A stretch of 64,000 bases of DNA from Planctomycetota bacterium. Lineage in GTDB: Bacteria; Planctomycetota; UBA1135; UBA2386. Of this stretch, positions 38,597 through 48,880 are shown one piece after another. The stretch spans positions 1 to 64,000 of the forward strand of contig CANMWZ010000023.1 in the NCBI GenBank assembly GCA_947501605.1. Direction: 5' to 3'. The notes beneath the pieces are model-generated. The model was not told where the DNA came from. It saw only the letters and a program-made list of their open reading frames with translations, and made no database searches. The position numbers and the translations under genes were made by a program. Position 1 is the stretch's first letter, and the number at the start of each line of letters is the position of its first letter.

Positions 38597-41053
38597 TCAG
38601 TTGGCGGCCAGGATGCGTTCCATGTGCGCGACCTCGTCGGTCGCGCCACTCTTGGTCAACAGGTCGATCGCGCGCCGCCCCATCTTCTGGGCTTGGTCGA
38701 CGCAACCGAGTCGCTGCAAAATCAGGGTGGTCTGCTGGCACGCGCCGGCAGAGTCGGGCTTCTGCTTCAGATACGTAGTCATCGTCTGGAGCGCCGAGGC
38801 CGCGTCGCCCGCGGCCAATTGGAGCTTGGACAACACCATCTGGCCGACCTCGTAGTCCGGAGCAATCTCGACGGCTCGCTGTGCGAGTCGCTGGCTCCTC
38901 ACCATGTCGCCCTTCTGCCACAGTGCTTGCGCAATGCCGATGAGCGCGACGTGGCCGGTGATGCCATCCTGGATTGGTACGACCAGGGTCTGCCCGCGAT
39001 ACGCAAGGCAACGCCGGTAGTGCGCGATGGCAGCATCGGGCTGGTGCGTCGCCGTCAGCAGGCTCGCGGCGATGTAGTGGAGATTGGGTGTCGGCACAAA
39101 CCGACGAAGGGCCTCGTCGACGATTGCCAGTGCTTCATGCACATCGCCGCGACGTGCACGTCCCAGCGCGCACAACGCCGCCACTTCGCCGGCATACGGC
39201 AGGTTGCGCGGCAGCGACGGCGGCCCAGTGCGAATCTGGTGCAGGCAGCGATCGAGCAACGCCAGCGAGTCGCCTTCTCGGCCAACGAGTCGGCGAAGGA
39301 AATCGCCGTACTTGTAGAGGCAGTAGATGTCGTCGGGTCGCTGACTCAGCTGCTTCTTGAACAAGCGCTCGTTGCGCTCGTTCTTGTTGCGGCTGTCCAC
39401 GACCTCATCCGCATAACCGTGGTGATCCACCTCGACATCACAGGAAGCGAGCGCGAGACCGAGATCCGCACCGCGCGCCACCAGCGTCGGCGAAACCTGT
39501 TCGTGGATGACGTTCTCGAAGACGACGCCCGGCAGTTTGCGGAAGAGGCGCACCATCAGCACGCCGACGGACTTCTGGCCCGGGCAGATGTTGACGAACT
39601 TCATCAGGTAGCCGACGGCTGCAGGATCGCGCACGAGTTCGCGGATGCGCTCGACGCTTCCAGGCTGCAAGAACTCGTCGGCATCGAGGACCATGATCCA
39701 GTCCCCGGTGGCAGCATCGATTCCGACGTTGCGCGGCGCGGAGAAGTCGTCCGTCCACTCGCGGTGCAGAACCTTGGCGCCAAAGGACTCGGCAATGGCG
39801 ACCGTGCGATCCTTGCTGCCGGTGTCGACGACGATGATCTCGTCCGCCAGCGGCGCGGCACGCTTCAGGCATTCGCCCAAGAAACGCTCCTCGTCGCGCG
39901 CAATCATGCACAGAGAGATACGTGGTTCGCGATCCTGCCACGGCGCCTTGGCGATGGCCGTAGTGGCGATCTCACCGGGTCGCACGTTTGCTGCTTGAGC
40001 AGGCTGCCAGACCTGCAACATGGCCGCGACCTCGCGCGCAAACGTTGCGGGCGATTCGATCGGCGGCTTCGGCGACTCGAACGCACCTTGAGCCAAGCCG
40101 GCCTCGGCGGCCAGGCTCTCGAGCTTCATGCAGTACTCTTCGAGCGCAATCTGCGTGTTGTCGCGCGACGGCAATGGCCCGGCCTGCAGCACTTCGAGCC
40201 GTTGGATCATCAGCCCGCTGAGATCACCGGGGCACTGACGTTCCCCATTCCGTCCCGGTGCGGCTGAGCCGATGGTGGCGAGCAGCGTGAGCTCTTCGAA
40301 CAGCTGCGCCGACGCAGTAGCACCAGCACGCAAGAACCAAACGAGATCGCCGCGCGCTTGTGCGATCGCTCGCGTGAAACCCTCGGTCTCGACCGCAGCG
40401 TTGGCGCTCAGCACCTCCCACTCGGACGGCAAGAACTGACGCAGGCATGCCGCCGTGCGCTCTTGCAGCAGTGGATCGCCAGGACCGATCAGCACCGACC
40501 CTGGCAACGAAGGCGCTCGCGTGCAAGTAATCCAGAACCGCAGCGGCGGTGCACCTTGCAGCCACGCCAGCGGCAAGAAGCCCTGCGCGAACATCGACTC
40601 GGCAAAGTCGGCGTGTAGCTGCCCCGGTGCACCGGCCACACGGATCACGTCATCGATGTGCAACCCGGCACCGTCGAGGGCTTGAAGCACGCGCCGGAGC
40701 GGCAACGGCCGCGACGGATCGACGAAGCTGCCGACGGGGTCGAAAGTCCCGCTCCGCCCTTCGATGACGAGGCGTAGCTGGCGGACACAGTGCTCGTTGT
40801 CGATATCGAGCACGAGCTTGCCGCCCGGCTGCAGCCGCGACGCGAGTTGCGCGGCAAAGGACTCGATCGTGCCCATCGACTCGGTGAAGGCCGCAACCTC
40901 AATGGCCGCGAACTGGCGCTCGGGCAGGGCCGAAGGCGCGCGCGTGGCGCTGGGCAAGCGCAGCACGGAGCCCCCCAGCGCCCCCGCAGAAATCGCGGGG
41001 AAACCGAGGACCGCACCTGCGAAGCCGGTCGCTTGTTCAATGGTCGAAGCCAA
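38597..41053 (-). CDS. Multidomain GT2 glycosyltransferase with TPRs (probable flagellin glycosyltransferase)
   Basis: ISLCMIARDEE, VVDTGSKD, WTDDFSAPRN, LDADE, IHEQ and HHGY. N-terminal part resembles a degenerate methyltransferase (LQPGGKLVLDIDN). TTG 41053 follows AAGGAAAG. Confidence 0.85.
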   Translation of the reverse strand: MASTIEQATGFAGAVLGFPAISAGALGGSVLRLPSATRAPSALPERQFAAIEVAAFTESMGTIESFAAQLASRLQPGGKLVLDIDNEHCVRQLRLVIEGRSGTFDPVGSFVDPSRPLPLRRVLQALDGAGLHIDDVIRVAGAPGQLHADFAESMFAQGFLPLAWLQGAPPLRFWITCTRAPSLPGSVLIGPGDPLLQERTAACLRQFLPSEWEVLSANAAVETEGFTRAIAQARGDLVWFLRAGATASAQLFEELTLLATIGSAAPGRNGERQCPGDLSGLMIQRLEVLQAGPLPSRDNTQIALEEYCMKLESLAAEAGLAQGAFESPKPPIESPATFAREVAAMLQVWQPAQAANVRPGEIATTAIAKAPWQDREPRISLCMIARDEERFLGECLKRAAPLADEIIVVDTGSKDRTVAIAESFGAKVLHREWTDDFSAPRNVGIDAATGDWIMVLDADEFLQPGSVERIRELVRDPAAVGYLMKFVNICPGQKSVGVLMVRLFRKLPGVVFENVIHEQVSPTLVARGADLGLALASCDVEVDHHGYADEVVDSRNKNERNERLFKKQLSQRPDDIYCLYKYGDFLRRLVGREGDSLALLDRCLHQIRTGPPSLPRNLPYAGEVAALCALGRARRGDVHEALAIVDEALRRFVPTPNLHYIAASLLTATHQPDAAIAHYRRCLAYRGQTLVVPIQDGITGHVALIGIAQALWQKGDMVRSQRLAQRAVEIAPDYEVGQMVLSKLQLAAGDAASALQTMTTYLKQKPDSAGACQQTTLILQRLGCVDQAQKMGRRAIDLLTKSGATDEVAHMERILAAN

Positions 41054-41097
41054 CTTTCCTTTGCCGCACCCGGGCGTCTGCCGCGGATGCCCCGGAG

Positions 41098-41126
41098 TCA
41101 TCGGCAGATCCGTGCCGAGAACTTCA
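41098..41126 (-). promoter_or_regulatory. sigma28-like promoter for the glycosyltransferase
   Basis: Minus strand reads TGAAG-N16-GCCGATGA. Confidence 0.55.
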
Positions 41127-41292
41127 GTCCGAGACGCGGGAGAGGATGAAAAGCGGTGAGGAACTAGGCAGCCGACCGCCCGGATTGCAGTGTCGTCCGA
41201 CGCCTTCCGTCCTGCCTTGGACCAGTCACCGGCACTTCCTGCCGATCTGGGCGCGGGAGTCTGGGCCGAGAATCGCTACCCTGTTCCGCCTC

Positions 41293-42048
41293 ATGGAACC
41301 GACCACTCCGCAGCGGCGCTTTGCCGTACTCATCGACGCCGACAACGTCTCGGCGTCCGCCCTCGAAGGCCTGATCGCGGAGATCGCCAACTACGGCGTC
41401 GCGCAGGTGAAGCGAATCTACGGCGACTGGACCCTGCCGAACCTGAAGTCCTGGAAGGAGCAGCTCCTCGAACATGCGATCCAGCCGATCCAGCAGTTCC
41501 GCTACACCGTCGGCAAGAACGCGACCGACAGCGCCCTCATCATCGATGCGATGGACTTGCTGTTCCGCTCCAAGCTCGACGGCTTCTGCCTCGTCTCCAG
41601 CGACAGTGACTTCACCCGCCTCGCTTCGCGCATCCGCGAAGAGGGTCTGATGGTCATCGGCTTTGGCGAACGCAAGACGCCGCGCGCGTTCGTGACGGCA
41701 TGCGATCGTTTTGTCTTCACCGACATCCTCCGCGGCGCCGCGCCAGAGAAGGACAGCACGCCAAAGAAGTCCGCGACCGAGCTGAAGCACGACCACAAGC
41801 TCGTCGACCTGCTGCGCTGGGCCGTCGAGGGCAGCGAAGACGAGGACGGCTGGGCCAACCTCGGCGCCGTCGGTGCCAAGATCATGTCGCAGAAGCCGGA
41901 CTTCGACTCGCGCAGCTACGGCTTCACCAAGCTGAGCCACTTGGTGGAGGCTACCGGGATGTTTGACATCGAGCGCCAAACGAGCCAGACGGGCCGCGTC
42001 GACATCTTCTTGCGCGAGGTCGCGCAGCCGAAGTCGCGCGGACGCTGA
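41293..42048 (+). CDS. NYN (LabA/DUF88) domain protein with C-terminal OST-HTH
   Basis: LIDADN, IYGDW, GKNATD, IDAMD, VSSDSDF and FDSRSYGF.KL. Confidence 0.9.
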   Translation: MEPTTPQRRFAVLIDADNVSASALEGLIAEIANYGVAQVKRIYGDWTLPNLKSWKEQLLEHAIQPIQQFRYTVGKNATDSALIIDAMDLLFRSKLDGFCLVSSDSDFTRLASRIREEGLMVIGFGERKTPRAFVTACDRFVFTDILRGAAPEKDSTPKKSATELKHDHKLVDLLRWAVEGSEDEDGWANLGAVGAKIMSQKPDFDSRSYGFTKLSHLVEATGMFDIERQTSQTGRVDIFLREVAQPKSRGR

Positions 42049-42080
42049 GCGGCGCGCGCTGGGCGCAATAGCCCGCGCCG

Positions 42081-43568
42081 CTACGCAATCAGGTCGTGCA
42101 GCACGTTGCCGGCGACGTCCGTCAGGCGGAAGTCGCGGCCACTGTGCCGCCACGTGAGTCGGCGGTGGTCGATGCCGAGCAGGTGCAGGATCGTCGCGTG
42201 CAGATCGTGCACGTGCACCGGCTTGTCGACCGCTTTGAAGCCGAAGTCGTCGGTGGCGCCATAGGTCATGCCACCCTTGATGCCGCCGCCTGCCAACCAG
42301 ACGGTGAAGCCGTGCGGGTTGTGGTCGCGGCCGTTGCGCACAGCGCCACCGCCACCGCCGATCTCCGTGGTCGGCGTGCGACCAAACTCGGACGCGCACA
42401 CCACCAGCGTGTGCTCGAACAGACCGCGCGCCTTCAGGTCCTTGATCACCGCCGCGTAGGCCTGATCGGAGTCGCCGGCAGTGATGCGATGGCGCAGGAT
42501 GTCGTCGTGGTGGTCCCACGGATCCCCACGCCCGTAGTAGACCTGCACCATGCGCACGCCCCGTTCGATCATGCGCACGGCCATGAGGCACCCGCGCGCG
42601 GTGCTGCCGCGGCCATAGAGCTCCAGCGTCGAGAGTCGTTCGCGACGCAGATCGAAAACGTCGAGCGCTTCCTGCTGCATGCGATAGGCGACTTCCATGG
42701 CTGCGATCGCGGCATCGAGCTGAGGGTCGGCCAACGGCTCGCGGACCCGCCGCTCCTGTTCGAGCGCCTTCAGCAGGTCGAGTTCGCGTCGCTGCTCCGC
42801 CGACCCAAACTTGTCGTTGCGCAAGAACGGCACCAGCTTCTTCGGATCGAACTCCTTACCGACCAGGATGCCCTCGGCTTGGCGCTCGACCTGGTCGGCG
42901 AGAAACGTCCCCTGGTGCACCGTCGGCAAGAACCCGTGGCTCCACAGCGGCGGTCCGACCGTCGTGGGCGTCTCGGGACACAACACCACGAAGCCAGGCA
43001 GGTTGGCGTTGTTGGTGCCCAGCCCGTAGGTGAGCCACGAGCCGAGCGACGGTCGGCCGCTCTGCGTGTGGCCGGTGTTCAGCATCAGCAGCGATGGCTC
43101 GTGATTCGGGATGTCGGTGTGGCACGACCGCACGAAGCAGATGTCGTCGACACAGTTGGCGAGGTGTGGCCACAGTTCGCTGACCTGAGCGCCGCACTCG
43201 CCGTGCTGACGGAACGCGAAGGGCGAACGCATCAAGGCGCCGGTCTTCCGCTCGGTGGCGATCGGTCCGCCGGGCATCGGTTGGCCGTGGTACTTGTCGA
43301 GCATCGGCTTTGGGTCAAAGGTGTCGACCTGCGACATCGCTCCGTTCATGCACAGGAAGATCACCGCCTTGGCCTTCGCGGGATGATCGAGCGGTCGCGG
43401 GCCCGCTACTGCAGGCAACGGATCCTGCGCCGCGCGCAGACTCCCCTGCACGAGGTTGGCGAACGCCAGCATGCCGAACCCGCTGCCGATGCGGCGCAGG
43501 GCGTCGCGGCGTGAGAGCGGAGCAGAGCGCGAAAGCGACCGGAGGCCGTTTTGATCGAGGTGGTCCAT
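42081..43568 (-). CDS. DUF1501 family protein (Tat-like twin-Arg N-terminus)
   Basis: SRRDAL, SQVDTFDPKP, WDHH, SEFGRTP, GRDHNP, GATDDFG and DLHATILHLLG. TGATG coupling to the upstream gene. Confidence 0.92.
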   Translation of the reverse strand: MDHLDQNGLRSLSRSAPLSRRDALRRIGSGFGMLAFANLVQGSLRAAQDPLPAVAGPRPLDHPAKAKAVIFLCMNGAMSQVDTFDPKPMLDKYHGQPMPGGPIATERKTGALMRSPFAFRQHGECGAQVSELWPHLANCVDDICFVRSCHTDIPNHEPSLLMLNTGHTQSGRPSLGSWLTYGLGTNNANLPGFVVLCPETPTTVGPPLWSHGFLPTVHQGTFLADQVERQAEGILVGKEFDPKKLVPFLRNDKFGSAEQRRELDLLKALEQERRVREPLADPQLDAAIAAMEVAYRMQQEALDVFDLRRERLSTLELYGRGSTARGCLMAVRMIERGVRMVQVYYGRGDPWDHHDDILRHRITAGDSDQAYAAVIKDLKARGLFEHTLVVCASEFGRTPTTEIGGGGGAVRNGRDHNPHGFTVWLAGGGIKGGMTYGATDDFGFKAVDKPVHVHDLHATILHLLGIDHRRLTWRHSGRDFRLTDVAGNVLHDLIA

Positions 43569-46500
43569 CAGCGCACGAAGAGGAACTCGTTGGAGCAAAG
43601 CAGGACCTTCACGTAGCGGCCCCAGATCGTCACGGGCAGCGGGTGCTTCGACACGTCGCCCTTCTTGGCCTCGGGTTTCTCCGCATCGGGTTTCTCCGCA
43701 CCGAGCTCGTCGGTGCCCTTCTCGTCATCTGGACCAGGCAGCGCCGCGCTCTTGTCCGGGTCCGCTTGCAGCGGCTCCACGACCGACTTGGCGACCACTG
43801 CAGCGGGGTCCGAAGGCGGCTCTGGGACCACTGCCTTGGCATCGACGCGCGCGATCTTGCCTTCTTCGTACTGCCGCATCGGCTCCTGCCGCAGATAGTC
43901 GAGCCCAGCAGCAACCTCGGTCGCGGTCGGAGGCCGCTGGAACAGCAGCTCATAGACCTGTGCGATACGAGCTTCGTCGCCAGGAGCAGCGGCAACCCGC
44001 GCAGCAACACGTTCGGCTTGCTCCTGCACGAAGTCGCTGTTCATCAAGAACAACCGTTGCGGTGCGACATTGGTCGTGAAGCGCCGTTCGCTGGAGCTGC
44101 TCGGCATCGGGAAGTCGAAGAGCGCGAGGTACGGATCGAGGCTGTAGCGACTGACGTGCCCGTAGATCGTGCGCCGGCGGTTGCTCGGCACGAGCTTCAC
44201 CGACGGGCCAAAGCGCTCGGGTTCGAGCGTGCCCGCTGCAGCCAGCATCGCGTCGCGGATCTGTTCAGCGGCTAGACGACGTTCGTTGGCGCGCCAGTAC
44301 AGGCGATTGCCGGCGTCCTGCTCGTGGCCAGCCGCATCGTCGAGCGCGCCGAGGCCATACACCGCGCTGCGCAGAATCTCTCGGTGCAGCTCCTTCAACG
44401 AGCCGTGGGCCGAGAACCATGTCGCCAGATAGTCGAGCAGTTCTGGGTGTGATGGTCGTTCGCCACTCACGCCAAAGTCGCTCGGCGTCTCGACCAAGCC
44501 GGTGCCGAAGTGTTGCTTCCAAACGCGATTGACCAACACGCGAGCGGCGATCGGATGGCTGACGATCGCCTGCGCCAGTTCGCGGCGCCCGCTGCCGCGG
44601 CGGAACGGCTGCGCCGGCTCCGGCTGCAGCACGACCGGGAACCGACGCTGCACTTCGTCGCCGAGGCGAAAGGGGTTGCCGCGCAGGTTGACTCGCATCG
44701 CGGCAGGTTCTGGAACATCTTCGACGCCGTGCACAGCGGGGTACTTCGGCCCAAGCTCCTTGCGGCCGGTCTTGAGGCTCTTGCGCAAGTCGTCGAGCAC
44801 GCGCCGGCGCTCGGCGCCGAGTTGACGTTCGAGTGCGTGCCCCGAGAAGAACAGTAGTCCGGGTTTGCTGCGCTCTTCCTGGCTGACTGCCGCTTCGAAC
44901 TCGCCGTCGAGATCGCGCTCGAACACGTCGGTCCAGAGGTTCGCCTGCTCCTTGGGCAGGCTTTTCAACTCGAGCCCACAACCGGGACAGAAATCGTCGT
45001 TGGTGACGAAGTCGCTCGGCAACTTCCCGGGCTCCTTCTTCTTGGTCGTCGGCATCGCCTTCGCGCGAATGACCTCGTTCTCCTGGATCACGTCCTTCAT
45101 CGCGAACATCACGTCCAGCAACTGCGTCTGGAACTCGTTCGCGACCTTCTCGGCGGCCTTCTTGGTGCTCGGCTTGGCGAGCATCTCCTGCCAGACGCGG
45201 AGGTGTGGATAGTGCTTTGGCGGCTTCTGCGAAAACACCAGCCAGCGGTCGAACAACTCATAGTCGAGCTTCTCGGTTGCCACGACCAGGGCCTTGTCCT
45301 GACGCAGCGGACCGAGCACCTGCCAGCACGCCATCAGGTATCGCGCGGACTGCAGTGCAAAGGCCTCGGCAGTGTGCTGCCGCTCGTGCTTCAAGAACTC
45401 CGACAGCAGCTGCTTGTGGTGTTCGAGACGCTTCTCGCGAAGCGCATAGTCGTCGACCACCGCCTGCGGCACCTGAGCGTACTCCCGATAGCGCGTGTTG
45501 AGGAACACGCCAGCCAGCGCGTAATAGTCGGTGGCTGCGATCGGGTCGAACTTGTGGTCGTGGCAACGCGCACACCCGACGGTCAACCCGAGCAGGGCCC
45601 GCGACACCGTGTCCACGCGATCGTGGCGCTCGTCGGCGCGCGTGACCTCGACCGAGCCGTTGTCGTAGTACCACGGACCGAGGCCGAGGAAGCCGAGCGC
45701 CGGCAGGTGCCGCGTGCGCTCGGGTTCGTCGAGCAAGTCCGCTGCCAGCTGCGCCGTCACGAACTGGTCGTACGGAAGGTCGTCGGCGAGGCTCTGGATC
45801 ACCCAGTCGCGATAGAGATACGCATGGGGATACGGGTTGAACCCGCGGCCCTCGGGATCGAGGCTGCGGCAGTCGTCCTCGGCAAAACGCGCGAGGTCGA
45901 GCCACCAGCGCGCCCAGTGTTCGCCGTAAGCCGGTGACGCCAGCAGACGGTCGATCACCGCCGTCGCGGCCGCCGGCGCTTTGTCAGCGAGGAAGGCCGC
46001 CGTCTCCGCCGCCGTCGGCGGTAGGCCGGTGAGGCCGAACGTGGCGCGCCGCAGCCAGGTGCGACGATCGCCAAGGGCGACGGGCTTCAGGCCGTCCTGT
46101 TCGAGCCGCGCGAGCACAAAGCGGTCGAGGTCAGTGCGGGCAAACGCGGCGTTGGCAACCGTCGGAACCACGGGCATTGCGAGTGGTCGAAAGGACCAGA
46201 AGTCGCGATGGCTGGCGATGCGCTCGTCGATCACCTTCGCCGCCGTCGGCGTCGCCGCCGGCCAGACGGCGCCGTCGCGGATCCACTCCGCCAGCGCCTC
46301 GATCTCGTCGGCACTCAAGCGCGTGCGCTTCTTCGGCATCTTCAGGCCGCCTTGGTGGCGCACGGCGTGCATCAAGAGGCTCGCGTCGGGATCGCCGACC
46401 ACGAGTGCGGGCCCGTCATCACCGCCCTTCAACAACGCGTCGCGCGAATCCGTACGCAGGTTGCCCTCGGCAGTCTCCGCATGGCACTCGTCGCAGCGCT

Positions 46501-46645
46501 GGATCAGCAGCGGGCGGACCTTGGCCTCGAAGTGCAGCGCCCGCGCAGCCGCCGTGGGAGACGGTTCCTGGGCACGCACCATTACCGTCAATACTGCAAC
46601 GCCGACGAACAGGACGTGTCGCACCAACTTCACCTTGCTGAGCAT
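43568..46645 (-). CDS. Planctomycete cytochrome c / DUF1549 / DUF1553 protein
   Basis: CDECH, YGEHWARWWLDLARF, CARCHDHKFDPI, PSHPELLDYLA and AEQIRDA. Confidence 0.92.
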   Translation of the reverse strand: MLSKVKLVRHVLFVGVAVLTVMVRAQEPSPTAAARALHFEAKVRPLLIQRCDECHAETAEGNLRTDSRDALLKGGDDGPALVVGDPDASLLMHAVRHQGGLKMPKKRTRLSADEIEALAEWIRDGAVWPAATPTAAKVIDERIASHRDFWSFRPLAMPVVPTVANAAFARTDLDRFVLARLEQDGLKPVALGDRRTWLRRATFGLTGLPPTAAETAAFLADKAPAAATAVIDRLLASPAYGEHWARWWLDLARFAEDDCRSLDPEGRGFNPYPHAYLYRDWVIQSLADDLPYDQFVTAQLAADLLDEPERTRHLPALGFLGLGPWYYDNGSVEVTRADERHDRVDTVSRALLGLTVGCARCHDHKFDPIAATDYYALAGVFLNTRYREYAQVPQAVVDDYALREKRLEHHKQLLSEFLKHERQHTAEAFALQSARYLMACWQVLGPLRQDKALVVATEKLDYELFDRWLVFSQKPPKHYPHLRVWQEMLAKPSTKKAAEKVANEFQTQLLDVMFAMKDVIQENEVIRAKAMPTTKKKEPGKLPSDFVTNDDFCPGCGLELKSLPKEQANLWTDVFERDLDGEFEAAVSQEERSKPGLLFFSGHALERQLGAERRRVLDDLRKSLKTGRKELGPKYPAVHGVEDVPEPAAMRVNLRGNPFRLGDEVQRRFPVVLQPEPAQPFRRGSGRRELAQAIVSHPIAARVLVNRVWKQHFGTGLVETPSDFGVSGERPSHPELLDYLATWFSAHGSLKELHREILRSAVYGLGALDDAAGHEQDAGNRLYWRANERRLAAEQIRDAMLAAAGTLEPERFGPSVKLVPSNRRRTIYGHVSRYSLDPYLALFDFPMPSSSSERRFTTNVAPQRLFLMNSDFVQEQAERVAARVAAAPGDEARIAQVYELLFQRPPTATEVAAGLDYLRQEPMRQYEEGKIARVDAKAVVPEPPSDPAAVVAKSVVEPLQADPDKSAALPGPDDEKGTDELGAEKPDAEKPEAKKGDVSKHPLPVTIWGRYVKVLLCSNEFLFVR

Positions 46646-46950
46646 TTCGATAGTTGCAATTGGCCGCTGCGAGCCGACCGGTGAGGCGGCGGATGGCATC
46701 AGGAGACGAGAGGTGGTTTCACCACAAGCCGGCGAGCGAGGCGAGCAACGAAAGCCGAGGACAAGGAGCGAGTTCGCAGCGGCATCCGTGGATTCCGCGG
46801 TGACCTGGCGCCGCAGCCATCGGGCTTCGGGGGCGAAAGCAGCCGCCGGAGTGCTGGGAAACCACTTCTAGGAACTCTGTTCGCCGTCTCGATGCCATCG
46901 GAGTCCTGCTACTTCCTGGCGCTCCCAACCCTGGTAGGCTCTGCGCCTTC

Positions 46951-47943
46951 ATGCGAATGCCTGCGATCGCGGCGCTTCTTGCGATGACCCTCGCTCCCCT
47001 CAATGCCCAGACCGAACGGCAGAAGAAGCCCGGCATCGCCGATGTCGAGCGCCGAATCCCGATGAGTCAGCTGACCCCGGAAGCGGTCTTCCCCATCGAA
47101 GGCGTCCCCGACTGGCAAGCGGTGGATGAGTGCGTGTTCATCTCGAATGGTCCCAAGAACACCATCGCACGGCTCGATCCCAAGCTGAACACCGTCGCGG
47201 CGACCATCGAGGTCGGCAAGGAACCTGGTGCTGGCCTCGCTGTCGGCTTTGGCAGCGTCTGGGTGCCGTGCTGCGGCGATCCCGGCCTCGTTCGCGTCGA
47301 CTTGAAGACCGACAAGGTGGTCGCGACGATCCCGCTCGGCATCGCCGACTCGGAAGGCGGACTGTGCGTCGGGGCCGAGAGTGTCTGGGTGCTGACCGAC
47401 GCGAAGGGCAAGCTGGCGCGCATCGACCCGGCGACCAACAAGGTCGTGGCCTTCATCGAGGTCGAGAAGGGCTCGTTCGCCGCCGCGTTTGGCGAGGAAT
47501 CAGTGTGGATCACGAGCAGCGACACGGATCTGTTGCAGCGAGTGGATCCGCGCACGAATCTGATCGTCGAGCGCATCAAGGTCGGCAAGAACCCGCGCTT
47601 CCTCGCCATCGGCGAGGGCTCGTGCTGGACGCTCAACCAAGGCGATGGCACGGTCTCGCGCGTCGATGTGAAGACCAACAAGATCGTCGCCACGATCGAA
47701 GCGGGACTACACGGCGGCGGCGGCGAGATCGCGGTCGGCGAAGGCTCGGTTTGGGTGACCGTGTTCCAATACCCGATCACGCGCATCGACCCGCGCACCA
47801 ACGAGGTGGCACAACAGTTCTTCGGCCCGGGCGGCGACGCCATCCGCGTCGGTCACGGCTCGGTGTGGCTGTCGAACCTGCGCGAGCAAAACGTGTGGCG
47901 CCTCGACCCGCGCCGGATCGCGGCGACGCGGCGGCAGCAGTAG
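46951..47943 (+). CDS. Secreted beta-propeller repeat protein (YVTN/Vgb-like)
   Basis: Signal peptide and repeated GEGSVWV...RIDP.TNKVVATI units. Confidence 0.85.
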   Translation: MRMPAIAALLAMTLAPLNAQTERQKKPGIADVERRIPMSQLTPEAVFPIEGVPDWQAVDECVFISNGPKNTIARLDPKLNTVAATIEVGKEPGAGLAVGFGSVWVPCCGDPGLVRVDLKTDKVVATIPLGIADSEGGLCVGAESVWVLTDAKGKLARIDPATNKVVAFIEVEKGSFAAAFGEESVWITSSDTDLLQRVDPRTNLIVERIKVGKNPRFLAIGEGSCWTLNQGDGTVSRVDVKTNKIVATIEAGLHGGGGEIAVGEGSVWVTVFQYPITRIDPRTNEVAQQFFGPGGDAIRVGHGSVWLSNLREQNVWRLDPRRIAATRRQQ

Positions 47944-48000
47944 GAGAACCGCATCAACTACGCCTCCCCCGGCCAGCCTGCCGAAGTCCTCTGCCCACCT

Positions 48001-48750
48001 GTGTCCCCATCGCTCAGCGCCCGTCTCGCCGCGACCACGCGCTTCCAACGTCTGCACCACGTGGCCACGTGCAGCAGCACGCAGGACCTCGCTGCCGCCG
48101 ACACCGACCTCGCGTGGTCGATGTTCTGGGCCGAACATCAGGACTCTGGCCGCGGCCGCCAGCAACGCCCGTGGCACGACGAGCAAGGGCTCGATCTCGC
48201 CGTCACGTTTTCGCTTCGCGTCGATCTGCCTGATGTCGTTGCGCTGCCCGTCGTCCTGCCACTGTGTGTGGTCGACGCGGTCGCACCCGAACTCGGCGAC
48301 CGCGCGAGCGAGCTTCGCTTCAAGTGGCCCAACGACGTGCTGCACGGCGGCAAGAAGCTCGCCGGCGTGCTGGTCGACGCCGATGCGCAGAAGCCGATGC
48401 GCTTTCGCATCGGCATCGGCATCAACGTCAACAGCGAAGCGCCGCCCGCTCACTTGGCCGACATCGCCACCTCGCTGCGCGCAGTGACTGGGCGTGCCCA
48501 CGATCGCGAAGCGGTTCTGCTGGCGCTGGCGCAACGGCTCGATGCCGCGGTTGCGGCGTTGCAGCGAGGGGAGACTGCGGCCTACGAAGAGCGGTTCGCG
48601 CAGTGCCTCTCGCTACTGGGGTGTCGGGTTCGCGTTCGCTGCGGCTCGGTCGTGAGCGGCGTGCTCGAAGCGATCGACCTGCGCGGGCTTCGACTCGACG
48701 GCGGGCGCACGTTCGCGCTGGCGCAGGTGCAAGAACTCCGCGGCGAGTGA
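48001..48750 (+). CDS. birA: Biotin--protein ligase (no N-terminal HTH)
   Basis: SSTQD, Q.SGRGR..R.W, KWPNDV..GKKLAGVL and GIGINVN. Confidence 0.9.
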   Translation: MSPSLSARLAATTRFQRLHHVATCSSTQDLAAADTDLAWSMFWAEHQDSGRGRQQRPWHDEQGLDLAVTFSLRVDLPDVVALPVVLPLCVVDAVAPELGDRASELRFKWPNDVLHGGKKLAGVLVDADAQKPMRFRIGIGINVNSEAPPAHLADIATSLRAVTGRAHDREAVLLALAQRLDAAVAALQRGETAAYEERFAQCLSLLGCRVRVRCGSVVSGVLEAIDLRGLRLDGGRTFALAQVQELRGE

Positions 48751-48880
48751 CTCCTAGCCGACTCGCTCAAGAGGCCCGATCTCGGCTGGAGGTCGTGCCG
48801 CGCAGTCCGCGTGCTATCCTCCGCGCCCACCGTCACACCAACCGCAGCAACCGCTCTGGCTGCGTGAGCAGGAGACCACC

